A DNA stretch of 64,000 nt, taken from contig JAFTRN010000030.1 in NCBI GenBank assembly GCA_017462265.1, positions 20,983 through 84,982 on the forward strand, written 5' to 3'. The translations under genes and the position numbers were made by a program. Positions within the stretch are counted from its first letter, which is position 1. Each line of letters begins with the position of its first letter. The notes beneath the pieces were generated by a model. It was not told the origin of the DNA. It saw only the letters and a list, made by a program, of their open reading frames with translations, and searched no databases. This DNA comes from Coprobacter sp. (GTDB taxonomy: Bacteria > Bacteroidota > Bacteroidia > Bacteroidales > UBA11471). Positions 1 through 9,801 of the stretch are shown here, piece by piece.

Positions 1-2
1 GT

Positions 3-554
3 GTCGATACCGAAACCTTCCTTGTGGTCATCAATCTGTTGCTCGACGAGGATACCGCCGAGGCTGTCGATGCACCCTTTTCCATCGAGGCCGTCGTGCA
101 ATATCTGCACAATTCACACGACTATTTTCTCAATTTCCGTCTGCCGGCCATTCGCCGCAGTCTGCTCGCTGCCATCGATTGCGGACAGAAAGATGTGTCG
201 TTTGCCATACTCTGCTTTTTCGACGAATATGCCGATGAGGTGCGCAAGCACATGACCTACGAGGAACAGACGGTATTTCCCTATGTACGAGACCTGTTGG
301 CCGGGCGTGAGATTGCCGGCGAGTATAGCATCGACGTGTTCAGCCGTCAGCACGACTCGGTAGAGATGAAACTCGTGGAGCTGAAAAACATACTCATCAA
401 ATATTATCCGGCGGCAAGCAGCAACGAGCTCAACGCCGTGCTGTTCGATATTTTCACCTGCGAACAAGACCTCGCATCGCACAATCGTATAGAGGACGCT
501 CTATTTGTGCCTGCCATCAAAGCCATAGAACAAAAACGCCGTGTCGCCTTATGA
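3..554 (+). CDS. hemerythrin-like (HHE cation-binding, RIC/ScdA-like) protein, 5'-partial
   Basis: The frame is open to the window edge. Repeated H..xxE / HxxxE motifs are present (LHNSHDYF, RKHMTYEEQTVFP, RQHDSVEMKL, SHNRIEDALFVP). The stop overlaps the next start (ATGA). Confidence 0.6.
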   Translation, partial: VDTETFLVVINLLLDEDTAEAVDAPFSIEAVVQYLHNSHDYFLNFRLPAIRRSLLAAIDCGQKDVSFAILCFFDEYADEVRKHMTYEEQTVFPYVRDLLAGREIAGEYSIDVFSRQHDSVEMKLVELKNILIKYYPAASSNELNAVLFDIFTCEQDLASHNRIEDALFVPAIKAIEQKRRVAL

Positions 555-1156
555 AATCGCTCTTGAAAATAGCTGTCGTAGAGCCGTCGCTCATTATTCG
601 CAGCGGTGTGTTGGCTGTGTTGCGTCGCCTATCGGCACTCAACATCGAGATTATAGAGGTGGTCGATGTGGCGCAACTGCTCTCCATGTTGGCATGGCGT
701 AAGCCCGACGTGCTTGTCATCAATCCCGTGACGCCCGGTGCCGTATCGTTGCAACAGGTGCGCAAGGAGGTCGAGGGCATAAAGTGTGTCGCCTTGCAGA
801 ATGTGCTTACCGACACCGCCACGCTCAAAGGCTACGACGAGGTAATATCGGTGTACGATACGGCCGAGACTATCCGCGAGAAAATCGAGAATCTGCATGC
901 CGACGACGATACGCTCACGCACGAACCGCTTACCGACCGCGAGAAAGAAATCATCATCGGCGTGGTCAAAGGGCTCACCAATAAGCAAATCGCCGAAAAC
1001 CTATGTCTGTCGGCCCATACGGTAATCACCCATCGTCGCAATATCGCCGCCAAATTGCAGATACATAGTGCGGCAGGACTTACCATCTATGCCATTGTGA
1101 ACAAACTGGTCGATCTCAACGACGTGAAAAGCGCCATTCACCGCCGCGACGAATAG
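551..1156 (+). CDS. LuxR-family HTH transcription regulator with a degenerate receiver-like N-terminal domain
   Basis: The C-terminal LuxR HTH reads LTDREKEIIIGVVKGLTNKQIAENLCLSAHTVITHRRNIAAKL. The N-terminal region has a receiver-like layout, but the acidic pocket is EP and the phospho-acceptor position reads VLVINP (Asn instead of Asp). Confidence 0.8.
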   Translation: MKSLLKIAVVEPSLIIRSGVLAVLRRLSALNIEIIEVVDVAQLLSMLAWRKPDVLVINPVTPGAVSLQQVRKEVEGIKCVALQNVLTDTATLKGYDEVISVYDTAETIREKIENLHADDDTLTHEPLTDREKEIIIGVVKGLTNKQIAENLCLSAHTVITHRRNIAAKLQIHSAAGLTIYAIVNKLVDLNDVKSAIHRRDE

Positions 1157-1239
1157 GGGGGAGTAAGACGAAACACGAGGTAGTAGGTTTTGACCAATAT
1201 CATCGATATAATATGTATAATCGTGCGATATGTCAAATA

Positions 1240-1908
1240 TTAGTTGTGTTGTAGATATTGAAAGCCATTATATATTAATTCAATGCCACCTTCTGTTTTT
1301 AGTAGGAGATTTAATATAAGCCAGTCGTCATCACCGGTATAGTTAAATAGCCAATTTGTCTGAATGAGACCTGTAGTGTCGTCTGTCGATCGAGGTGTCT
1401 GTTCCTTCATTATAAGGGGAGAGGGATATTTTTCCTCGAAAAATTTATAAGATTCACCTAATTTTATAGGAACTCCACTAAAATTAAATGTAATATTGGG
1501 GTTTTTATTCCGAATTTCACAAAGACCTGTATTATAATCGATTTTTAAAAACAGATTATTATAAAAGAAATTTATATTACCTTCACAGAAAGTGCCAAGT
1601 TTCTCTATTCTGTTTTGAATACTATCAGGTTTTCCCAAAGCGCGTTCCACTTCCTCTTGACTATAATAATGGCCAATAACTAATGCATATGCCGTATCAA
1701 CATCATTGCGATAGATGTACCGACCTCCACCGGAATTGCATATTCGACCATTTATTATAATTACAATCTGGTTATCACGCACAACGACAGAGTCTTGTTG
1801 TGCATTAATAACTCCGATGGAGGTCAATAAAAAAAGCAATATATAACAAAATATACTCATAAGTATAAATTTTATGAATATCGATTCTTTTTGAATCAAA
1901 AATTTCAT
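1240..1908 (-). CDS. hypothetical secreted or membrane-anchored protein in an AT-rich orphan gene
   Basis: The ORF is 1240..1944. Likely starts are MKFLIQ (1908) or MSIFCY (1860), followed by the hydrophobic signal ILLFLLTSIGVINAQQ. It is visibly AT-rich compared with its neighbours. I recognise no motif. Confidence 0.45.
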   Translation of the reverse strand: MKFLIQKESIFIKFILMSIFCYILLFLLTSIGVINAQQDSVVVRDNQIVIIINGRICNSGGGRYIYRNDVDTAYALVIGHYYSQEEVERALGKPDSIQNRIEKLGTFCEGNINFFYNNLFLKIDYNTGLCEIRNKNPNITFNFSGVPIKLGESYKFFEEKYPSPLIMKEQTPRSTDDTTGLIQTNWLFNYTGDDDWLILNLLLKTEGGIELIYNGFQYLQHN

Positions 1909-2081
1909 GAAAACAAAATAACGATAAATGAGCGAAATATGCAAATGTTGCAGAGACTATTTGGGGTGAGCACAGCTACTCAGTATAAATCTTATTGCCA
2001 TTTTGTAGGCAAAGGTGGGGCGATGGCGTGGGAAATGTCACTATTTCGGTATATATATCGACGGAATGAATAAATTTTCAC

Positions 2082-2089
2082 TATCTTTG
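2082..2089 (+). promoter_or_regulatory. Bacteroidetes -7 promoter box TATCTTTG upstream of the ECF sigma gene
   Basis: It matches TAnnTTTG and lies about 27 nt upstream of the TTG start at 2116. Confidence 0.4.
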
Positions 2090-2115
2090 TCGGCGCACCG
2101 ATAAGATATAATTCG

Positions 2116-2655
2116 TTGAAAGACTCTGAGCACATAATACAAGCCATCAATCGCGGAGACATAGAGGCGTTCAAACAAGTCTATGCTCTCTATTATAGTG
2201 TATTGGTGACTTATGCCAACTCTATCCTTGCCGATAGTGAGGATATGGGCGAGGATATCGTGCAAGATGTGATAGCCAATATATGGGAGGCCAAGACACA
2301 ATTTGCCTCGTACTCATCGTTCAAAACCTACCTTTATAACGCCGTGCGCAATGCCGCCCTCAATCATATAAAACATCAGGGAGCTGCCGATAAATATATT
2401 GAGTATCTGCAATATGAATACACACCGTTCGACTATTCGGGGGTGAATGTAGAGGAAATATATCGCCAGCTTTTCGCCCTCATCGATCACCTGCCGTATC
2501 GTTGCCGTGAGATATTCCTGCTACACATGGAGGGCAAGCGCAACGAGGAGATAGCCCGGGTATTGCAACTCTCGGTCGAGACCGTGAAGACGCAAAAAAA
2601 GCGGGCCATGGCCTATATCCGTGCCAATATCGACAAATCGTTGCTCTATGAATAG
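2116..2655 (+). CDS. ECF-type RNA polymerase sigma-70 factor
   Basis: Region 2-like sequence EDIVQDVIANIWEAK..F.SYSSFKTYLYNAVRNAALNHIK and region 4 HTH RNEEIARVLQLSVETVKTQKKRAMAYIR are present. It sits directly upstream of a FecR-type gene. The start is TTG. Confidence 0.85.
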   Translation: MKDSEHIIQAINRGDIEAFKQVYALYYSVLVTYANSILADSEDMGEDIVQDVIANIWEAKTQFASYSSFKTYLYNAVRNAALNHIKHQGAADKYIEYLQYEYTPFDYSGVNVEEIYRQLFALIDHLPYRCREIFLLHMEGKRNEEIARVLQLSVETVKTQKKRAMAYIRANIDKSLLYE

Positions 2656-2814
2656 TGTTGCCTTATTATAGGCCTTTTCGTTGTGAAATGGAGTTGTGAA
2701 ATTGCATATTTCTTGTATTTTTATAAAATTTCAAGAAAAAAGATAATTTTTCTCAAAAATATGTACCCCGAAATCGGTGCCATGTTGTCTGTCTTTATAT
2801 AGATAGAATCTATC

Positions 2815-3948
2815 ATGGAATATATCGAAACAATTATAGTGAAATATCTGACCGGTACCATTACCGATACCGAGAATGATGTTTTGCAACAATGGTTATC
2901 TTCGAGTGCGGAGCATAGGAAGCTGTTCGAGCAGATATGTAACGACACCACACTCGTGGCGCGTTACCGCTCATACGCTGCTATAGACGAGGTGGCGGCT
3001 AAGCGACGTTTCCTCGCCCGGGTATATCCGCAGAAGTTACACACTTTTGTGCGTCGCACGTGGCGGTATGCCGCCCTGCTCATACCGGCGGTACTGCTCT
3101 CGCTCTATGTGTATATGAATAGAGAGGTGGAGCCTGCGCCCGAATTTACCCTCACCGAGGTGCAACCCGGCGAATCGCAGGCCGTACTGAAGTTGGATAA
3201 TGGTTTTGAAATGTCGCTCGACAGTACCTCTAAGTCTATACAATTTGACGAGTCGGTTACGGCCGAGATGATGTCGGGTACGATTACTTATATGCCTCGT
3301 GCCACAAAATCCACCATCGAATACAATACAATATCTGTTCCACGCGGAGGAGAGTTCCGATTGACGCTTTCCGATGGTACGCGCGTGCATCTCAATGCCG
3401 AGTCGAGCTTGCGTTTCCCCGTGGTATTTACCGGGGGTGAACGCAAGGTGCAACTTACCGGTGAAGCCTATTTCGAGGTCGTACCTAATTCGTCGTCGCA
3501 ATTCATCGTAGAGGTTGCCGGAACTCGGGTGCGCCAGTATGGTACGGTATTTAATATCAACGCCTACGATGGACGGCCCGAGGTGGTGCTCGTCTCGGGT
3601 AGTATTGGTGTGACAACAGCCACGGCCGGGGCTGAGGTGCGTCTTGCGCCCGGGCAGAGGGCCTTTTGCGATGACAAGATAATGGTTACTGATGTAGATG
3701 TGGCCTCGTATATCGGTTGGACCAAAGGTCGTTTCACCTTCGACAACCGTCGCCTCGACGAGATAGCCGACATATTGACGCGTTGGTACGATACACCGAT
3801 AGAAATAGATGATAAAAGTGTGGCCGAAATGCGATTTACGGGTAGCGTGAGTCGTAGCGCCACCATACATCATATAATGAACGCCATTTCATACGCGCAA
3901 GGTGTGGAAGTGGCGGTCGTAGGCGATAAAATAAAAATATACAAATAA
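2815..3948 (+). CDS. FecR-family anti-sigma factor (transmembrane sensor)
   Basis: The N-terminal cytoplasmic domain is followed by a single TM segment (YAALLIPAVLLSLYVY). The periplasmic FecR-like part reads ...LSDGTRVHLNAESSLRFP...GEAYFEV...F.V...V.VLGT.FNI. Its position between a sigma gene and susC fits. Confidence 0.85.
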   Translation: MEYIETIIVKYLTGTITDTENDVLQQWLSSSAEHRKLFEQICNDTTLVARYRSYAAIDEVAAKRRFLARVYPQKLHTFVRRTWRYAALLIPAVLLSLYVYMNREVEPAPEFTLTEVQPGESQAVLKLDNGFEMSLDSTSKSIQFDESVTAEMMSGTITYMPRATKSTIEYNTISVPRGGEFRLTLSDGTRVHLNAESSLRFPVVFTGGERKVQLTGEAYFEVVPNSSSQFIVEVAGTRVRQYGTVFNINAYDGRPEVVLVSGSIGVTTATAGAEVRLAPGQRAFCDDKIMVTDVDVASYIGWTKGRFTFDNRRLDEIADILTRWYDTPIEIDDKSVAEMRFTGSVSRSATIHHIMNAISYAQGVEVAVVGDKIKIYK

Positions 3949-4141
3949 GAAGCTGTTTAAAATTTTCTTAAAAAATTTTACTACGGCTTCAAAAACAAAG
4001 TTTCGGCTTCTTTAAGGCTCTTTTGGACATCTTTTTCATCAAACCGCTTGGACGTAGCCCGCTACGACCTGCGCAATTTGTCGAAAAATCCATTCCAAAA
4101 TAGCACTTAAAATAATCTCGAAATAAAATTTAAACAACTTC
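3949..4141. repeat. intergenic repeat family B, copy B1 (long form) between fecR and susC
   Basis: It is bounded by the inverted termini GAAGCTGTTTAAA / TTTAAACAACTTC. The left ~55 nt closely match 18951-19005. The right ~120 nt share blocks with 48194-48312. Confidence 0.6.
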
Positions 4142-4146
4142 TAAAT

Positions 4147-7100
4147 ATGACTATGCTACTGTCAGGACATAGAACCCTGTTGAAAAAATGGTTGTCGATC
4201 GTCATGCTATTGGTCATACCTGTTATGGTATATGCCGAAGACGTACGCGACAAAAGGGTGTCGTTGAGTCTTAAAAATGTTTCGTTGAAGCAGTTTTTTG
4301 ATACGATCAAAGAGCAATCGGGGGCCGATTTCATCTACACCCAGAGTGATGCCCGTCATGTGGAACCCATTACCGTCACGGCGCAGAACGAACCGCTCGG
4401 AACATTGCTCGATAGAGTTTTCAAAGATACGGGGCTGGAATACACCCACGAAGGTAATATCATTACCGTGCGCTATCGTCGGCCGGCGACAGCTACGGTG
4501 ATGAAAACACCTGTGAAAGAGAGTGTACCCAAGGTGGCCATTCAAGGTGTGGTGCGAGACCCGGCAGGAGAGGTGTTGCCCGGTGTGAATGTGTGGGTTA
4601 CCGGTACGAAAATCGGTGCAAGTACCGATGCCGATGGCCGTTATCGGGTGATAGTACCCGACTCGGGGCAGACTATAGTTTTGCGATTTACCTGCATAGG
4701 TATGCACGAGGAGAATATCACCTATAAAGGCGACACGCAAATAAATCTGCGCATGACCTCATCGGATAAGATGTTGCAAGAGGCCGAGGTGGTGGCGACG
4801 GGTATGTTCGTGCGCAATGCCGAGACCTTCACCGGAGCCGTCTCTACGTTCAATCAGGAGCAGCTCAAGAGCATGGGCAACCGCAATGTGCTTTCGAGCC
4901 TGAAAAACATCGATCCCTCGTTTGTAATCAACGAGAGTGTCGATTTCGGTAGCGACCCCAATAAGATGCCCGATATACAGTTGCGCGGACAAAACAACCT
5001 GCCCGACCTCGAAGGCGAGTACAAGACTTCGCCCAATCAACCGCTGTTTATTCTCGACGGTTTCGAGGCTACAATCGAGAAGATTTATGACCTCGATATG
5101 AACCTTGTGAAGAGCGTAACCTTGCTGAAAGATGCCGCCGCCAAGGCTATCTATGGTTCTAAGGCCGCCAATGGCGTGGTGGTAATAGAGACCGTACAAC
5201 CCGAGGCCGGACGACTGAATATAACCTATACCGGTAGTGTCGATCTCACCGTGGCCGACCTTACCTCTTATAACTTGTGTAATGCGGCCGAGAAATTACA
5301 AGCCGAGCTTTTCGCCGGTAAATACACTTCCGACAACGCTTTCACGCAGGCCGGTCTCAATAGCGACTACAACGAGCTGTACAAGGAGATAGCTCGTGGC
5401 GTAGATACCTATTGGATGGCACAACCGTTGCGAGTGGGGGTGGGCCATAAGCACACGCTGTTCCTCGATGGTGGCGACGATGCCATGCGCTACTCGGCAA
5501 GTATCGGTTACAACAACGTGGCCGGTGTGATGAAAGGCTCCGATCGTACCACTATATCGGGTAGTGTCACCCTTTCGTATCGATACAAGACGCTCAGTTT
5601 CCGCAATCAGCTCTCTATCGATGATAATAGCGCCAAGAACTCGCCCTATGGCGATTTCTCGGAATATTCGCGTATGAACCCTTATTGGCGCATCAACAAT
5701 ACCGACGGCTCGCTCATCAAGCAATATAACATCTCGGCCTACAACCCCCTCTACAATGCCGGGTTGAACAGCAAAGACGAGTCCTCCTACACGACCATCA
5801 CCGAGAATTTCTATGCCGAGTGGGAGGCCGTGAAAAATCTCCGTTTCAGGGCACGTTTCGGTCTTACCAAGACTTCCAACGGTACCGATGTGTTTGTACC
5901 CGCCTCGCACACCGACTATGCCAATATCTCGACTACTTCGTCGGAGTATTTGCAACGGGGTGAATATACCCAGTCTCACGGTAAGGCATTGGCATTGTCG
6001 GCCGACGTAGGTGTGGCCTACGCGCTTGAGGTAAAAAAACACCTGTTGTACTCCAACGTGTCGTGGACGATAGACCAGAGCAAGAACGAATCGACCTCGT
6101 TGCGCGTGGTAGGTTTCCCTTCTGATAAAATGGATTATATCTCGTTTGGCAGTATGTTCCCCTCGGGCAGTAAGCCCGGTGGTGATGAAAGCACTACTCG
6201 CAGTACCGGTTTTGTGGCTTCGTTCAACTATTCGTTCGATAACCGCTACTTGGCCGACTTCTCATATCGTCTCAGCGGTTCGTCGCAATTTGGTGCCAAA
6301 GAGCGCTGGGGACACTTCTGGTCGGCAGGTCTCGGCTGGAATATCCACAAAGAGGCCTTCATGCAAGATGTGAAATGGATAGACCTATGGAAGATAAGAG
6401 CCTCTATCGGTTACACCGGATCGCAGAATTTCAGTTCCTATAATGCCATAGCTACCTACAAGTATATCACCGACAAGACCTATAACGGCGACCTCGGTGC
6501 GGTACTGATAGGCCTGGCCAACGAAAATCTCAAGTGGCAACAGCAATACGACCGCAACATCGGTATCGACTTGTCGCTCTTCAAACGCTTGTCGATACGT
6601 GCCGATTACTATTTTGCCACCACTACCAATCTGCTCACCGACATATCGTTGGCCCCCTCGGCCGGATTCTCTACCTACAAAGAGAATATGGGCGAGACCG
6701 AGAACAAGGGTGTGGAGCTGTCGCTCAACTATCGGGTGTTCAACCATACGCCCTCGCGTACCTACGTCAATTTGTTTGCCAATATAGCGCATAATACCAA
6801 CAAAATATCGAAAATATCCGACGCGCTCAAAGAAATCAATGACGCGCAAGATGCCGTCAAGAACGAGTATGCCGGTACCGAAGCCGAGAAGGCTCTGCAA
6901 CGTCGCCCCTCTACCCGTTTCGAGGAGGGCCAAAGCCTCAGTGCCATTTGGGCGGTACGCTCGGCCGGTATAGACCCGGTTACGGGTCGTGAGGTCTTTA
7001 TAAAGAAAGATGGTACAACGACTTATGAGTGGAGTACCGACGACCAAGTGGTATGTGGCGATTCCCAACCCAAGGTGAACGGAAACGTGGGTGTGAGCAC

Positions 7101-7524
7101 CTCGTTCTACGGGTTCGATTTGAACCTCACCTTCACCTACAAACTCGGCGGACAGCTCTACAACAGCACTCTCGTGGAAAAGGTCGAGAACGTAGATGTA
7201 TATAACTGGAATGTCGATAAGCGTGTGCTCTACGATCGCTGGAATACCCCCGGTGTACCGGCCAAGTTCAAGAGTATATCCGATGTCTCTACCACGAAGC
7301 CCACATCGCGCTTTGTCGAGGACTATAACGAGTTGGTGCTCTCGGCCGTAAGTTTCGGCTACGACTTCTCGCACCTCAAATTTATAGCTCGCAGTGCCTG
7401 TCAGTATCTCAAGCTCTCGTTCAATATGAACGATGTGTTCTGGCTCAGCACCGTCAAGCGTGAGCAGGGCCTTTCATACCCCCGTGCCAATGCCTTCTCA
7501 TTCTCTTTACAAGCCCGTTTTTAA
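4147..7524 (+). CDS. SusC/RagA-family TonB-dependent outer-membrane transporter with an N-terminal STN signalling domain
   Basis: 1125 aa. STN-like sequence SLKNVSLKQFFDTIKEQSGADFIYT is present. The carboxypeptidase-regulatory-like domain reads IQGVVRDPAGEVLPGVNVWVTGTKIGASTDADGRYRV. The plug reads DIQLRGQNNL..PLFILDG. The C-terminus ends in F. Confidence 0.95.
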   Translation: MTMLLSGHRTLLKKWLSIVMLLVIPVMVYAEDVRDKRVSLSLKNVSLKQFFDTIKEQSGADFIYTQSDARHVEPITVTAQNEPLGTLLDRVFKDTGLEYTHEGNIITVRYRRPATATVMKTPVKESVPKVAIQGVVRDPAGEVLPGVNVWVTGTKIGASTDADGRYRVIVPDSGQTIVLRFTCIGMHEENITYKGDTQINLRMTSSDKMLQEAEVVATGMFVRNAETFTGAVSTFNQEQLKSMGNRNVLSSLKNIDPSFVINESVDFGSDPNKMPDIQLRGQNNLPDLEGEYKTSPNQPLFILDGFEATIEKIYDLDMNLVKSVTLLKDAAAKAIYGSKAANGVVVIETVQPEAGRLNITYTGSVDLTVADLTSYNLCNAAEKLQAELFAGKYTSDNAFTQAGLNSDYNELYKEIARGVDTYWMAQPLRVGVGHKHTLFLDGGDDAMRYSASIGYNNVAGVMKGSDRTTISGSVTLSYRYKTLSFRNQLSIDDNSAKNSPYGDFSEYSRMNPYWRINNTDGSLIKQYNISAYNPLYNAGLNSKDESSYTTITENFYAEWEAVKNLRFRARFGLTKTSNGTDVFVPASHTDYANISTTSSEYLQRGEYTQSHGKALALSADVGVAYALEVKKHLLYSNVSWTIDQSKNESTSLRVVGFPSDKMDYISFGSMFPSGSKPGGDESTTRSTGFVASFNYSFDNRYLADFSYRLSGSSQFGAKERWGHFWSAGLGWNIHKEAFMQDVKWIDLWKIRASIGYTGSQNFSSYNAIATYKYITDKTYNGDLGAVLIGLANENLKWQQQYDRNIGIDLSLFKRLSIRADYYFATTTNLLTDISLAPSAGFSTYKENMGETENKGVELSLNYRVFNHTPSRTYVNLFANIAHNTNKISKISDALKEINDAQDAVKNEYAGTEAEKALQRRPSTRFEEGQSLSAIWAVRSAGIDPVTGREVFIKKDGTTTYEWSTDDQVVCGDSQPKVNGNVGVSTSFYGFDLNLTFTYKLGGQLYNSTLVEKVENVDVYNWNVDKRVLYDRWNTPGVPAKFKSISDVSTTKPTSRFVEDYNELVLSAVSFGYDFSHLKFIARSACQYLKLSFNMNDVFWLSTVKREQGLSYPRANAFSFSLQARF

Positions 7525-7534
7525 CCCATAAGAT

Positions 7535-9007
7535 ATGAAACGATTACATTATATATTCATTACGGTATTAGTTGTTACCCTCTCGGCGTGTAACGATTGG
7601 CTTGATGTGAGTCCGCGTACCGAAATCAAGTCCGAAGACAACTTTGCCAACGAGCAGGGCTTCAAAGACGCTCTCACCGGTGTATATCTCACCATGACGG
7701 GCGAGAGCCTTTATGGTAAGGAGCTTACCTATGGTATGGTCGATGTGCTCGCCCAATATTATACCGGTATCACATCTACCAGTCATGGCTACTATTACGA
7801 CGCGCAATACGACTATGAATACTCTTCTGTCGAGAGTCGCATCAATGCCATTTGGAGCAACGGCTACAATGTAATAGCCAATCTCAACGAGCTGATAGCT
7901 CACCTCGAAGAGGCCGACGTTACATTGTTTACCGGCCGCAATTATCACCTCATTCGCGGCGAGGCCTATGGTCTGAGGGCATTGATGCACTTCGACCTTT
8001 TACGCCTTTTCGGTCCCTCGTACAAGGCCGATGCCACGAAGAAGTGTATTCCCTATGTTGTAGAGAGCGGTACGTTTGTCACCCCGCTTTCGACAGTCGA
8101 TGAGGTACTGACTTTAGCTCTGGGCGACCTCGCTATCGCCGAGCAGGAGTTGGCTATCGACCCTATACAGACGTCGGTCACCACCTCTACCACCGACGAT
8201 GCTACTTACGAGCGCGACAGAGCCTATAAGTTCAACTATTATGCCGTGAAAATGCTGCAGGCGCGTATCTATATGTATATGGGCGACTATACTCGTGCGG
8301 CATTGGCCGTAGAACCGCTTATTACGCAGACGGTCTTCACTTGGGTACCCGAGGCCGAAATATCCACTACCGACTCCTATACCAAGAATTATGTATTCTC
8401 CGAGGAGTTGATTTTTGCCCTCTATGTGAGCAATATGCGCGACCTCTATACAGCGTCGTTTACCTCCAACTCGGGTTTCTATATGACCGAGGAGTCGTAT
8501 GAAGCTCTCTATGAAATGAATACTCTTGGAGCCTTCTCCGATTATCGATATATCTATCAGACCGAGGCCCTCACTGAAATACGTGTCAGCACCAAGTTGA
8601 AACAGCCCGAGAACGGAAATGCCCTCTACCACTTCCGTATGCCTATGATGCGCCTCAGCGAGGCCTATTATATTGCGGCGGAGTGTGCGTTACGCACCGG
8701 CGACGATGTGACGACGGCTGCTACCTACCTCAACACCGTGCGCCAACACCGCGGTCTCACCATCGACTTGTTGCCTACGCTCACCGTGGCCGAGATGGAG
8801 AACGAGATATACAAGGAGTATGCCAAGGAATTTTGCTGCGAAGGACAGCTTTTCTTCTACTTTAAGCGACTGAATATACCGCAGATACCCGTCATTTCGT
8901 CATCGGGCTACGAGGAGGTCACTACCTATGTGTCGCCGCAATATGTGTTGCCGTTGCCCGACGACGAGATAGAGTATGGCGATAGAAACGCAGAAATCAA
9001 CAAGTGA
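7535..9007 (+). CDS. SusD/RagB-family nutrient-binding outer-membrane lipoprotein
   Basis: Lipobox LSAC, then NDWLDVSPRTEI...NFA..E.GFKDALTGVY. It lies immediately downstream of susC. Confidence 0.9.
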   Translation: MKRLHYIFITVLVVTLSACNDWLDVSPRTEIKSEDNFANEQGFKDALTGVYLTMTGESLYGKELTYGMVDVLAQYYTGITSTSHGYYYDAQYDYEYSSVESRINAIWSNGYNVIANLNELIAHLEEADVTLFTGRNYHLIRGEAYGLRALMHFDLLRLFGPSYKADATKKCIPYVVESGTFVTPLSTVDEVLTLALGDLAIAEQELAIDPIQTSVTTSTTDDATYERDRAYKFNYYAVKMLQARIYMYMGDYTRAALAVEPLITQTVFTWVPEAEISTTDSYTKNYVFSEELIFALYVSNMRDLYTASFTSNSGFYMTEESYEALYEMNTLGAFSDYRYIYQTEALTEIRVSTKLKQPENGNALYHFRMPMMRLSEAYYIAAECALRTGDDVTTAATYLNTVRQHRGLTIDLLPTLTVAEMENEIYKEYAKEFCCEGQLFFYFKRLNIPQIPVISSSGYEEVTTYVSPQYVLPLPDDEIEYGDRNAEINK

Positions 9008-9008
9008 T

Positions 9009-9773
9009 ATGAATATGAAAGTGATATATAGATTTTTAGTGGCATCATGTGCGCTTTTTGCACTCGTTGCCTGCCAACAAAACGAGGTGATGGACTACGC
9101 GCTCGACGCCCGTGTATATTTCAATGAAACGACAGGTTCGGGTACGTTGGAAAAAAATATTTGGACCATGAACTACTCTTTTGCCTTACAAAAATCTACC
9201 CTCACGCAGGATACGATAAAGCTTAAAGTGAAGCTCATGGGCAATGTAGTCGATTACGACCGTGTGTTCGAGGCCGAGGTGTTGGCCGATTCTACGACCG
9301 CCCAGTCGGGAACGCATTACGACTTGCTGCCCGGTGTGCTCAAAGCCGGCACCTACGAGTCGTATCTACCTGTCGTATTGTATCGTACAGAGGACACGCA
9401 GGAGCAGTCGGTATCGCTCTATCTGCGCCTGTCGGTAACCAACGATCTGGCTCCCGGTAATCCCGACGCGATAAACTTCTCGCTGCACTGGGCCGATATG
9501 CTTATGCGTCCCGCCCATTGGCCCGAATATTACTTCGGCGAGTATAGTGTGAATAAGTATCGTTTTGCCATAGATGTCACGGGACATACCGACTGGGAAC
9601 AGGCACCTCGCGTCACGACGGGAAAGCAGGAGGGTATATACACCATTACCGAGATACAGCGCGAAGCCGATAAACTGAACGACGCCTATGCCGAGTATCG
9701 AAAGACCAATGGCCCTATCTATGTAGATGATAATGCCGACCCGCTCGTAGAGATATACTACGGCTCGAAATAA
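9009..9773 (+). CDS. surface lipoprotein, DUF4843-like by position and size
   Basis: The internal start MNMKVIY (9009) follows the susD stop and precedes the lipobox LVAC. Its position after SusD matches the recurrent SusD / DUF4843 / PKD-like / TlpA gene order recalled from Bacteroidetes genomes. Family membership is not verifiable here. Confidence 0.55.
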   Translation: MNMKVIYRFLVASCALFALVACQQNEVMDYALDARVYFNETTGSGTLEKNIWTMNYSFALQKSTLTQDTIKLKVKLMGNVVDYDRVFEAEVLADSTTAQSGTHYDLLPGVLKAGTYESYLPVVLYRTEDTQEQSVSLYLRLSVTNDLAPGNPDAINFSLHWADMLMRPAHWPEYYFGEYSVNKYRFAIDVTGHTDWEQAPRVTTGKQEGIYTITEIQREADKLNDAYAEYRKTNGPIYVDDNADPLVEIYYGSK

Positions 9774-9801
9774 ACAGTTTCAACAACAGGAGGATTCTAC
9801 G

